DNA of 64,000 nucleotides from Candidatus Latescibacterota bacterium (GTDB taxonomy: Bacteria; Latescibacterota; UBA2968; GCA-2709665), in the NCBI GenBank assembly GCA_965203805.1, contig OZ241917.1, positions 5,152,001 to 5,216,000 on the forward strand, read 5' to 3'. Each line of letters begins with the position of its first letter. The first letter of the stretch is position 1. Below are positions 40,076 through 50,476 of this stretch, piece after piece. Under the pieces are notes generated by a model that saw nothing but the letters and a program-made list of their open reading frames with translations, did no database searches and was not told where the DNA came from. The translations under genes and the position numbers were made by a program.

Positions 40076-42480
40076 GAGTGATCGAACACGCTCTCGGTCG
40101 GGTTAAATTAGAGCAGGGTGCGGGTGCCGTTCCGGGTCAGGCCACCACGTTAGCTGAGAATCTGCATGCCTTTGAACTAATGGTAGGCCCGTACGCGGTG
40201 AGCGAACTACGAGTGAACCGGGCACTACGTGATTACGGCGCAACACTTTCTAGCGCCGGTACGAAGATTTATTTGACTAACACCCTTGAGAGTCCGCGTG
40301 CGGAACCACCCCAAGTGCCGATGTTCTTCGAGCCTATCGCGGAGCAGCATGCAAAGGCGCTCAAAGTAAAAAAGAATACCCGGGTCATTGTTTGCCTAGG
40401 GAATCCCCCCTATGACCGCCACGACGCAGTCGATACCCAACGTGAGGAAAATCTCTCGCGATATGGGGGTTGGGTCCGCTTTGGCGAACCGCTACCTGGT
40501 AATTTTGTGACAGATAAGAGGGGTAGAAAAAGAGAACTGAAGACTGTTAAGGCAAGGCTTGTGAGGAGACAAGAATTCGCTATACTTCGGGATTTCCTCG
40601 ATCCTGCTATTGCTGCGGGACACGGCGGTCACGTAAAAAACCTATACAATCACTACGTATATTTCTGGCGTTGGGCGCTATGGAAGGTGTTCGAAAACAA
40701 AACCGCTGAAGGTCCCGGCATCGTAAGCTATATTACCGCATCGAGCTACCTAAACGGCGACGCTTTTTGTGGAATGCGGGAACTCATGCGTCGATTCTGT
40801 GACGAAATTTGGATTCTCGATTTAGGTGGTGAAGGGCGTGGCGCTCGGCAGACAGAGAATGTATTCGCGATACGTACCCCTGTGGCAGTCGCAATTGCCC
40901 TACGTTCGAAGAAACCCGAACCCGATAAGCCTGCGAGAGTGCGCTATTCTCACATAAATGGATCGCGTAAGGAGAAACTTGCGATGCTCAACAGAGTGAA
41001 GAGCCTTGCGGATCCAAGCTTGAAATGGCAAGATTGCGCCGAGGACTGGCACGCTCCGTTCTGTCCTGTTGGAGTAGGAAATTACTTCACTTGGCCGTTA
41101 CTAACGGATCTCATGCCTTGGCAGCAATCCGGTGTGCAAGCAGGACGTACATGGGTGATTGCACCTGAAAGTGATACGCTGAAGGAATGTTGGCGTACCT
41201 TGTTGAAGTCTGAGAGCGAAGAACGCAGAAAGCTCTTTAAGGACTCGTCGACGGGGCGCAAAGTACATGATCAAGTTCGCTATCTGCCTCGATCCTCTGA
41301 CACGACCATGAGTTCTATTTCAGACCTAGCAATGGACAGTCCCGCTCCGGATAGCGTTAGATTTTCCTATAGATCATTCGACAGACAGATGATCTTCCGT
41401 GATGGCCGGTTGCTAGATCGACCAAGTCCGTCATTATGGTACGCCCACGGCCGGAAGCAGGTGTATTTGACGACGCTGCTGAACCACCGTCTAGGTAACG
41501 GTCCAGCCGTGACTTCCTGTGCCCATATCCCTGACAGGGATCATTTTTCAGGACGTGGGGGGAAGGATACGATCCCACTCTATCGCACAAATGACGCCAA
41601 GACGGCAAACATTACGCCCTGCCTACTTGATGTACTTGGTCGGCACTACGAGCGCGTTGTCTTGCCAGAAGATTTCCTCTCATACGTTTATGGCGTTCTG
41701 GCACACACGGAATTTACTGCAATGTTTAGAGAGGAGTTGGGCAAAAGCCAGCCACGGGTTCCACTCACAAAGGATGCATTATTGTTCGAGAGAGTCCGTG
41801 CGGAAGGCGAGCGGTTGGTATGGCTACATACATATGGGGAGCGGTTCATTCCTGAGGATCAGACCGTCGGCCAAATCCCGCGCGGTAAAGCAAAGTGCGT
41901 AAAGAGTGTTTCCGGTGGCTCGGAAATGTACCCGGAGAAGTATAGCTATTGCGACCTGACCGAAGCACTCCACGTAGGAGACGGTGAATTTAAGCCGGTC
42001 CGGCTCAACGTCTTCGAGTTTGAGGTATCAGGGCTTAAGGTCGTACAGTCTTGGCTGAAATATCGCATGAAGAAAAGGGCCGGAAGGAAGTCGTCGCCCT
42101 TGGACGATATTCGTCCCGAGCGCTGGACGAGCCAATTCACCACGGAGCTCCTTGATTTGCTCTGGGTGCTGGAGGCGACCGTAAAGACGTACCCCGAACA
42201 GGCGCGGCTGCTTGAGGCGGTCATCGAAGGCGATTGCTTCCGCGCGGACGATTTTCCGCCGGTACCTGCCGAGATGCGCAGACCGCCAAAAGTGCAAAAA
42301 ACGACTGGCGATCTATTTTACGACGCAAAAGGGTGATTGAGGCGTCAAATTGTCTATTGAAATTGCTCGATCATTGCAGGAGTCGACTCGGGTGAGCTGG
42401 TTTCGATCTGACGGTTTTCAACGACATTTGTCTCGCTGAGACCATATTGACCGCGGATAACACAAGAAAAGCGCAGTGAA

Positions 42481-43533
42481 ATGAATGACTCTACCAAGGA
42501 TGACCAGAAAGACGGTACAAATCTGAACGAGCAAGAATTGCAGGCCTTGGAGACGATCTTGAGGCGTACCGTTGCCTTCGAACAATATCGAAGTTTCGCT
42601 CAAAAACTTGAGCGTATTTCGCAAACCAAGAAGTCCAGTAAGAACCAGCGACGCTTGTCCGACCTCGAAGCCGAAGCGAAAGTGTGGCTCGATACTGTTA
42701 AATCCGCCGAAGCAGCCGGAGTCTTACACCCGAGCTATCGGTTTTTACTTACGTTGTACCCGATTGAACGTGTTCACGATGAACGTTGGGTCTGCGGCTG
42801 GTACGAGTCCGACCTTTGCGACATCAAGGCGGGGCTAGACGCCATACGTGAGATAAAGGGCCTTGGTGATGACGAGGACTGCACCATAGGGGAGAGGCCG
42901 GAGGATTGGGAGGAATTGGAACAGCAATACTCAGAAGTCTTAGACAGAAAGTTTGAAGAGGCGCTTCGGGAATTCGGTCTACACGAAATCGCTGATCTAT
43001 ACCACACGGACCGAGACGCATTCGACGCGCAACGTGAGCAAGGGCGTCGGCTCGCACTTGGGGAAATTTCCGATACGGAACAGATCGATGCCGCCGAGAA
43101 ACTGCTCGAAATTGAGGCCGAAGAATGTGCCAAAGCGGGAGCATATTACGCTGCAACGGTCATGATCGGGTCCGCATTGGAGGCTGCTCTCTTATTTGCC
43201 TGCCTGAAGCGCCTTGACGAAGCATTATCTGCCCGGAATCGATTGCCGAAATCTGAGCGACCCGATCGAGAGAATCCGAAGCGCTGGCGATTCGTGGAAC
43301 TGGCACGCATTGCAAATGAGGCGGGATGGCTACCGGATTTTGTAGTAGGGGATCGTAGGGTGTGCTCTCGATCGCTCATGGAAACTTTGCGGAGGCTGCG
43401 GAACCTGGCGCATCCGTCCCGTCACCTGACCGACGCGATAAATCGCGACATAAAAAGTGAGTATGCAAATGCGCGAGCCGCGTACAATCTGCTGAAGCGG
43501 CATTTGGCTGAACCTGGCGGCGATGCTCCGTAA
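42481..43533 (+). CDS. Hypothetical protein with C-terminal HEPN-like domain
   Basis: AYYAATVMIGSALEAALL helix followed by LRRLRNLAHP (R-x3/4-H HEPN-like motif); defence-island context. Confidence 0.55.
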   Translation: MNDSTKDDQKDGTNLNEQELQALETILRRTVAFEQYRSFAQKLERISQTKKSSKNQRRLSDLEAEAKVWLDTVKSAEAAGVLHPSYRFLLTLYPIERVHDERWVCGWYESDLCDIKAGLDAIREIKGLGDDEDCTIGERPEDWEELEQQYSEVLDRKFEEALREFGLHEIADLYHTDRDAFDAQREQGRRLALGEISDTEQIDAAEKLLEIEAEECAKAGAYYAATVMIGSALEAALLFACLKRLDEALSARNRLPKSERPDRENPKRWRFVELARIANEAGWLPDFVVGDRRVCSRSLMETLRRLRNLAHPSRHLTDAINRDIKSEYANARAAYNLLKRHLAEPGGDAP

Positions 43534-44154
43534 CTGTTAGAGTTATCAAGCGACTGATTTATTACACAACGCAGTCTCCGATCTCCCCTCAAAGTTGTGT
43601 GATGGGATGGATGTTTTTCGTTTTTCTCTTGTATCGTTGGTCGTGAAAACCTACCACGCGTATAAGTTAATTTTTTTTGTGGAAAAATAATGAGCCAAGG
43701 TCAAATTTGTAAACTTTGTGGGTGTGTCAGTAAACTTCAAAACTCTCATATATTGCCAGAGTTTCTATATAAATACTGTTATGATCCGATGCACCGGGCG
43801 ATCAAATTTAATACTCAGGAAATATCACGAATCATCGTACAAAAGGGAATTCGCGAACCTCTGTTATGTGTGAAGTGTGAGCGACATTTGAGCAAGATTG
43901 AGGGACGTTTTAAAACTGATTGGTATGATCGGGGTCGGTTGCCGGTACAATTTACGAAAGAATATTGGAGATTAGAAGGGTTTGATTATACTATGTTTAA
44001 GTTGTTTCATTTAAGCGTTCTTTGGCGTTGTTCGGTATCTAAAAACAAAGCATTCGCTACTGTTAGTTTAGGGCCTCACGAGCGACGCATCGCTCAACTG
44101 ATTCTCAGTGAAAATGCTGGCGAAGAACATGAGTATTCGATTATTGGCCAGCTT

Positions 44155-45319
44155 CTAGTGTTTCGTCCCAGGAATAACTTGCAAAAATAGTTCACTTGTC
44201 ATAGATTCCCTATAGCGAAAGGAGGAATCTATGGCCAGGGGACGTCCGTTAGCGCCACTGAGTATTGGGGATGAGGTTCGTGCGCAACTGGAAACCATTT
44301 CCCGTTCAAGAAGCATGTCGCACAGTCTTGTGTGCCGGGCGAAGATCGTTCTGATGAGTGATCAAGGGCTGTCGAATCAGCAGATCGGACGACAGCTTGG
44401 TCTGTCGGGAGCCACAGTCGGGAAGTGGCGCCGTCGGTTTTTAGAACAAGGTCTGATGGGGCTTTATGATGAATTGCGCCCCGGGGGGCCCCGCTCGATC
44501 AGCGATGAGCGCATCGCCTCGCTGATTCATGCAACGCTCAAAGACAAGCCGTCGGGAGCCACCCACTGGACCTGCCGCTCTCTGGCAGCCCAGACGCAAC
44601 TGTCCAAGTCCACGGTTCAGCGCGTGTGGAAAGCGTTTGGTCTACAGCCGCACCGGCAAAAACACTTCAAGCTGTCCAATGATCCGTTCTTTGTCGAGAA
44701 GGTACGTGACATTGTCGGACTGTATCTGAACCCTCCCGACAACGCGATGGTATTATGCGTTGACGAAAAGAGTCAGATCCAGGCATTGGAGCGAACGCAG
44801 CCGATATTGCCTTTGGGGTTGGGCTATGTGGAAGGGGTCACCCACAATTATATCCGGCACGGCACCACGACCTTGTTCGCCGCGCTGGAGGTCGCTTCCG
44901 GCAAGGTGCTGGCCCAATGCAAACCCCGACATCGACACCAGGAATTTTTACAATTCCTCAAATATATCGACCAAAACGTCCCGAAGGACCTTGACATTCA
45001 TCTCGTCGTCGACAACTACGCCACGCACAAGCACGAAAAAATCAAACGCTGGATCGCAGCCAGGCCCCGATACCACGTTCACTATACACCGACCTATGCG
45101 TCCTGGCTCAACCAGGTCGAGATCTGGTTCGGCATCATTACCCAGAAAGCCATCCGACGCGGGACCTTCAAAAAGGTGAAAGACCTCATCGCCAACATTC
45201 AGGATTTCACCAACCATTATAACGCCAACTCACGACCGTTCGTCTGGACCGCCACCGCAGAATCGATCCTTGACAAGATCACCAGACTTTTTGAACTAAT
45301 TCATGGGACAAGACACTAG
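44155..45319 (+). mobile_element. IS630-family insertion sequence (type B, copy 2)
   Basis: Same ends as copy 1; identical transposase protein; two visible substitutions in the left non-coding end. Confidence 0.95.
44231..45319 (+). CDS. IS630-family transposase
   Basis: Protein identical to 38987..40075. Confidence 0.95.
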   Translation: MARGRPLAPLSIGDEVRAQLETISRSRSMSHSLVCRAKIVLMSDQGLSNQQIGRQLGLSGATVGKWRRRFLEQGLMGLYDELRPGGPRSISDERIASLIHATLKDKPSGATHWTCRSLAAQTQLSKSTVQRVWKAFGLQPHRQKHFKLSNDPFFVEKVRDIVGLYLNPPDNAMVLCVDEKSQIQALERTQPILPLGLGYVEGVTHNYIRHGTTTLFAALEVASGKVLAQCKPRHRHQEFLQFLKYIDQNVPKDLDIHLVVDNYATHKHEKIKRWIAARPRYHVHYTPTYASWLNQVEIWFGIITQKAIRRGTFKKVKDLIANIQDFTNHYNANSRPFVWTATAESILDKITRLFELIHGTRH

Positions 45320-45819
45320 TCCACAATGATGCTATTGTTCACAGTCTTGTATCTCCGGCGTTTAGGCTTAGATTAGACGGTTTGCATGTATATCTATTGG
45401 CTTACGGAGGCTGTGAGTGGTTCCTCCATGTTTCACGACATAATAAGACCGAAGTTAAAGAATTAGGGTTTGGAAAAGACGGAAGTCTAATTCTTATACG
45501 ACAGTCGTTCTTAGAATCAATTACTGCAAGGCTTATGGATGTAGAATTGCGGACAAAAGCAGGTCAGGATTTCGTGCAGGCGTATAAGAAACTAAGGAAG
45601 AAGTATGAGTGTCTCGAATCACAATAGTTGAGTTTTAAATACTGATGATATTATCGCAGAACTGCAAATGGACTACATCGGTCTTGCGGCGAGAATAATC
45701 GACGTCCCTTTGTCCGGTGCAGTTACAAGTATGGCTTCTGACGGACTACTACTTGTAGAAGATTCAGTTACCGGAACTTAGTGCCAAACAATCCGCCACA
45801 TATCGCGGCCGAGAGACAG

Positions 45820-46020
45820 ATGAACATCGCGACCAGTTTTCCGGACGGTTGGGACGAGAAACGTGTCCGCCGGCTCTTGGACCATTATGAATCACAGACC
45901 GAGGACGAGGCAGTGGCGGAAGACGATGGGGTACTGGAAGACAAAACACAAACGCTGATGGCAATTCCCAATGCGTTGGTTCCGGCCGTGAAGGCGCTTC
46001 TTTCGCGACACGCCAGATGA
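45820..46020 (+). CDS. Small acidic hypothetical protein (possible orphan antitoxin-like)
   Basis: FPDGWDEKRVRRLLDHYESQTEDEAVAED...IPNALVPAVKALL; ATG at 45820. Confidence 0.5.
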   Translation: MNIATSFPDGWDEKRVRRLLDHYESQTEDEAVAEDDGVLEDKTQTLMAIPNALVPAVKALLSRHAR

Positions 46021-46750
46021 ACCCTTGGCTTGCTCGCGACCCTGGCGTATCCCACCCATCAACTCCCCGCACCATCCGACAACCGCTCTTTGTATCTGAT
46101 TAAATCCTTGCGAGTTATGGCCTCCGGCGGCACCAATTGGTATTGTCTCTCCGAGACGATTCGGATGTCGTCTCCATCCGTCTCGAATTCCAGCAGGGCA
46201 ATCACATTCTCACGCAAGATTTGTGCGCCTATGGGTCGGCAAATCAGGTCCGGCAATTTGTCGGCACAAAGCGCGATGTCCTGCTCGATCTGAATTCTGT
46301 TCAGTCTATCGCTGCCGCCCTTTGCCTGGACGGGTATCACATAGTGCGAGCCGCTCTTGTCGACACCCACGTAGATTTCGTCGGTCTCGACCTGACCCAT
46401 ATTTGGCACTGTCGTTCGGAGATGGTTCTGTAACGAATAGCACGCGATGCCAAGGAAGATGTCAATCAGGCGATTGTATCGAACCCGGGCCAAAACCGCC
46501 TGTTCATCATTGAACGCATATTTTGCGATGATTCCCGGAGTAGAGTCCGGCACCTTTGTCACCGAAAGATTCGGATTGGGCGTGAGCGGTATGTCGCTTA
46601 CCAATACAAACCTGTATTTGCCAGTTCCGGCAGGCCGAATAATCCATGTTTCGCCATCGGGTGCCTTGTCAAGAATACTCCTTGGAAGCGTCCTCCTGTA
46701 GCGAAACGTGTAGATCAAGTCACCCAGATTCTTCGGCAAGTCAACGTTGA

Positions 46751-48569
46751 GTCCACTCCGAAAAGTCGCATTTACTTATGCTGGTGAAAGTACTAAATTC
46801 GAAGTGTGAAAAGTCAGCAAGGATGAAGTATTGAGAATTACAATTGTAGAGAGCGTGGGAGAGGACAGATGTATAAGCCGAGTGCGTCGTGCAGTCAACC
46901 GGATCTGTTTTCGAATTTCGAGTCGCATTTCACACAGCGGAAGCAGGCGCAGTTGAATGATCCGAAGTCGTGGCATAATCTGTTTTACCAGCACATCACG
47001 TCAGAGATCGACGAGGATGTGTTTTCCGTGTTGTTTGATCCCGACATAGGCCGTCCCAATGCCCCGATTCGTCAGTTGGCGGCGATGATGGTCTTGAAGG
47101 AGGGCTTCGGGTGGAGCGATGCACAACTGTTCGAGCAATGTCGGTTCAATATCCTGGCGATGCGGGCATTGGGGTTGATGAATCTGTCTGATGAGGCGCC
47201 TGTGGAGTCGACGTATTATCTGTTCAAACAGTCCTTGTATGCGTATCAACTGAAAACCGGTCGGGATCTGGTTGGCGAGACCTTTAGCAGCTTAACGAAG
47301 ACGCAGGCCGACGCCTTTGGTGTGCTGGGTCAGCAAATCCGAATGGACAGTAAGTTAATCGGCTCGAACATTGCGCTATGTTGTCGGTTGCAGTTGGTGG
47401 TGGGTTGTTTACAACGGTTCTGGGGATCGTTGGACGAGGCCCGGAAGCGGCGATTATCAGGAAAACACCGGCAGGTTCTGGACGGAATGCTCAAGGTGAA
47501 GCCCCATCAGGTTGTCTACCGTCTCACCCGTGCTGAAAAAGGTGAGAAGCTACAGGAATACGGTGTGTTATTGAGCAGGCTTCAAGCGATCTATACCGAG
47601 AAAGACAGCGATCACTATGGTGTGATGGCGCGTGTTTTTGGAGACCAGTATTCGGTTTTATCCTCCTCCAAACAGGTGCTTCCCAAGCCGCCTGATGAGA
47701 TCTCCGCATCCTCCTTGCAGTCCCCCGATGACGAAGATGCGGCCTTTCGTAAGAAAGGGGAAGCGAAGGTGAAAGGATACAGTGTGAACCTCACCGAGAC
47801 CTGCGGTGAGGAGGGCCTCAATTTGATCACGGACATTGACGTCAAATCCGCGACAGCGCCCGACAACGCGTTTGTGCAAGCGGCCGTAGGGCGCACACAG
47901 CACGTGGTAGGGCAGGTTCGAGACGTGTCGATGGATGGGGCCTATAATGATCAATCCAACGCCGAGTACGCAAACGAACACGACAAGCAATTCTATTACA
48001 GTGGCCTGCAAGGAACCCCAGGGCGTTTCATTTATCGACGAACAAGAGAAGGCGTCGAAGTCATGGATCGAAATACCCAAGCCGTGCAGCTTGCCCAAGA
48101 ATACAAACCGGGGAAATACAAACTCATCATGGATGGCAAACCCCGATACTTTAAAGAACAGGCCATCGACAACTACATCAAACGCAAACAGAGTGAAGCC
48201 CTGCCTGAACACATCAGAAACCGACGCAATAACGTCGAAGCCAGCCTCTTCCAGTTGAGCTATTACACCCGAAACGGCAAAACTCGCTATCGTGGATTGA
48301 TGCCACATCAGCTGTGGGCGCACTGTCGTGGCTTATGGGTCAATCTCGTTCGGATCCAGAATTACCTCACCTCACCCACGATGCTCCCCGCATAAGATGC
48401 GACTTTTTTATGCATATCCTTGCCCCAAAACCACGCGAGCAACCTCGTAAACCGCCTCTGTGTTGATGGGCCGCAACCCGATGCACTTTCACCACGCAAC
48501 GCGACCTCTCAATACACAACACTGACACCTACACACGAAATCTTCCTGAACCCCCTTCTCGGAGGGGAC
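46751..48569 (+). mobile_element. DDE insertion sequence (IS1182/IS5/IS4-like, family uncertain)
   Basis: IRs GTCCACTCCGAAAAG and CTTCTCGGAGGGGAC (13/15); flanking direct repeat TCAACGTTGA at 46741-46750 and 48570-48579. Confidence 0.88.
46869..48395 (+). CDS. DDE transposase
   Basis: GRPNAP...GWSDAQL N-terminus, RMDSKLI, MDGAY, RNNVEAS, KTRYRG. Confidence 0.85.
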   Translation: MYKPSASCSQPDLFSNFESHFTQRKQAQLNDPKSWHNLFYQHITSEIDEDVFSVLFDPDIGRPNAPIRQLAAMMVLKEGFGWSDAQLFEQCRFNILAMRALGLMNLSDEAPVESTYYLFKQSLYAYQLKTGRDLVGETFSSLTKTQADAFGVLGQQIRMDSKLIGSNIALCCRLQLVVGCLQRFWGSLDEARKRRLSGKHRQVLDGMLKVKPHQVVYRLTRAEKGEKLQEYGVLLSRLQAIYTEKDSDHYGVMARVFGDQYSVLSSSKQVLPKPPDEISASSLQSPDDEDAAFRKKGEAKVKGYSVNLTETCGEEGLNLITDIDVKSATAPDNAFVQAAVGRTQHVVGQVRDVSMDGAYNDQSNAEYANEHDKQFYYSGLQGTPGRFIYRRTREGVEVMDRNTQAVQLAQEYKPGKYKLIMDGKPRYFKEQAIDNYIKRKQSEALPEHIRNRRNNVEASLFQLSYYTRNGKTRYRGLMPHQLWAHCRGLWVNLVRIQNYLTSPTMLPA

Positions 48570-48717
48570 TCAACGTTGAGTTCAGAGGCAAACGTAACGA
48601 TGTCCTGCCTAACAAAATTAACTTCACGTTGGCCCGATTGAAACCCGGCTTGGAAAATCGCTTCTATGATGGCGGAATAGCGATCAGTCGTGGAAATGTC
48701 GTGCTCCTCTCCAATAG

Positions 48718-50022
48718 TCAACGGCCGGGCCATTCGAGTGTCACGACTTCCTCCCTGAGCTGTTCCCCGGTTACCGTGGAAAGTCGGGTTCGAAAGAGAT
48801 CGATGCCGGTAACAGTATAGCCCAGGGATTTGGCGACACCGGCCAACAGTTCGCCGGTTCGGATCATGACCCGTAGATAGGATGCCTGATCACCCACCAC
48901 ATAGGCGAGCTTGGCACCGGGTCTGAGTGCCGGCCGCAATGACGCGAGATGCTTCGCCATCCCCCCGAAGTACAGGAGTGTGACACGCGAATACTGCCGC
49001 TCGAAACCTGATGTCTTGCCCATTGCAATGCGTCGATTCTCAATCTCATTCGCAAGTCTGCGTATTTCTATATTGTCCGCGATTTCGCTGTCGTCGGTAT
49101 CAGCTTTGTACACACCGCGAGTGTTCGACCTGACCAGGTTCTGCTTCAGCATCCTCAGTTCGTGTCGGTTCTTTATGAGGCCAAGGACGACGGATTCCAG
49201 GCGTGTCGTTCTCGTGTAGTCCTTCTCGTTGGGATACGGCGGAGAAGTAATCACAACGTCGACGGAGCCCGGTTCAAGGATGCCTTCCACGCTGCGAGCG
49301 TCGGCATTAATGATGTGACTGGCCGTGCTTGCCAGACCAACGTAACGGTGAACGTCCCTGACAGCAGTCCGTATACATTCAAGCCAGGCGTCCACGACCG
49401 GTGCATCGTATTTGATCTTCCCGACCCCGACCTCCGGCCCGAACTTCAGATTGCTGATACGGTGTACCAGTGCATTGGCAAGGCAAAGGCGACCGTAACG
49501 CTGTAACTGACGATTACCGTGCCGGTCGATAGCGTCCAAGAGTACGAGCGCCTTGTGGAGAGGGCGGGGGCTGATCGAATCCTTTAAAAGTATATGCGAT
49601 CGCTCAGCAGGCAGCTCCTTAAGCGTGGCCGTCGGATTTCCATTTGCAGCGAACAGTGGAAGATCCTTCCATTCGTCCAATCCCTGTTCTTTCAGCGTCT
49701 TCTTCGTGGACTGCGCAACCTTTTCCGCGTAGTCGAGCAACGCTTCGTGGCATACACCCCAGTCGACCTTCACCGAACTTGCGAAATACGCCATCGGATT
49801 CGGCTCGATCCCGATGCTGCCAATGCCGAGTTTCTTGCACTCAACGGTCGTGGTCCCGGTCCCGCAGAATGGATCCAGCACGGTGTGAGAAGGTCGCACG
49901 TCGAACCGGTCAAGATACTTGCGGACCAGATGAGGAGGGTACGACAGGACAAACCGGTACCAGTCATGAACTTCCCGGTCTTCCGGCCGCAGCTTGTTCA
50001 ATTCCTTCATCTTCGTAGCCAT
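48718..50022 (-). CDS. DNA amino-methyltransferase (probably N4-cytosine), intact
   Basis: VLDPFCGTGTT (motif I) precedes VITSPPY (motif IV). Confidence 0.88.
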   Translation of the reverse strand: MATKMKELNKLRPEDREVHDWYRFVLSYPPHLVRKYLDRFDVRPSHTVLDPFCGTGTTTVECKKLGIGSIGIEPNPMAYFASSVKVDWGVCHEALLDYAEKVAQSTKKTLKEQGLDEWKDLPLFAANGNPTATLKELPAERSHILLKDSISPRPLHKALVLLDAIDRHGNRQLQRYGRLCLANALVHRISNLKFGPEVGVGKIKYDAPVVDAWLECIRTAVRDVHRYVGLASTASHIINADARSVEGILEPGSVDVVITSPPYPNEKDYTRTTRLESVVLGLIKNRHELRMLKQNLVRSNTRGVYKADTDDSEIADNIEIRRLANEIENRRIAMGKTSGFERQYSRVTLLYFGGMAKHLASLRPALRPGAKLAYVVGDQASYLRVMIRTGELLAGVAKSLGYTVTGIDLFRTRLSTVTGEQLREEVVTLEWPGR

Positions 50023-50476
50023 TCGATCGATCTGTGTGAGATATAACTTATTATATTTAAATAGAATATTGGAATTAACGGCCGAGGAATCGGATTCGAA
50101 ACCGGGCGTGAATTCCGGTGTCTGCCGGTAATATAGTCAGTAACACAATGGATTGCAAGATTCCGAAGGGTTTCTAGAGGATCCGGATATGTGGCCTTGT
50201 GTTGTGTTGCTGCAACGTCGGCATCAGGGGGCAGCGCTGATTTTAGATTTCCCTTGACTCGAAGCGGATCTTGGATTTCCTTCTTTGTCTGGCGAATGAA
50301 TCTGGTTGCTGCGGTTTGCGGGTGGTGTTGGGGTTTGTGAATTCGCGAAATTGAGTCGTCCCGTTCACTCGACCTCCGGGCGCGAGGAATGAAGAACAGA
50401 GCCGGATGTTCTTCATCATTCGCGCGCGCTCACCTCGGGGTCCAGGAGACGGGTTTTTTGTCCACATTGGGATGGT

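Larger units (their letters stand above)
37783..42336 (+). pseudogene. Type ISP/IIL-like fused restriction-modification enzyme (nuclease, N6 MTase, LlaBIII-like C-terminal TRD), interrupted by IS630
   Basis: PDY...YVELK nuclease motif, GAYYTP, LDPAVGTGTYL, GNPPY, YRSFDRQ, PRVP; removing 38911-40075 restores TYLL-GVIEH in frame. Confidence 0.85.
43690..45627 (+). pseudogene. HNH-like/zinc-binding nuclease-like protein, interrupted by IS630
   Basis: CKLC...SHILPEF...LLCVKCE; removing 44155-45319 restores IIGQLL-VHNDAIVHSL...LHVYLLAYGG, in frame with ORF 45382..45627. Confidence 0.7.
46059..48733 (-). pseudogene. Type II restriction endonuclease-like (PD-(D/E)xK) gene, interrupted by an IS
   Basis: QVETDEIYVG...VIPVQAKGG motif; removing the IS restores ASELNV-DLPKNLGDL in frame; coupled to the MTase upstream. 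Confidence 0.75.

Noticed and set aside
45640-45820. Possible decayed toxin gene upstream of the small acidic ORF
   Set aside because: No intact frame or convincing motif could be read by eye
33000-50100. Prophage or integrative element as carrier of the defence island
   Set aside because: No integrase, tRNA, att-like direct repeats or phage structural genes were seen
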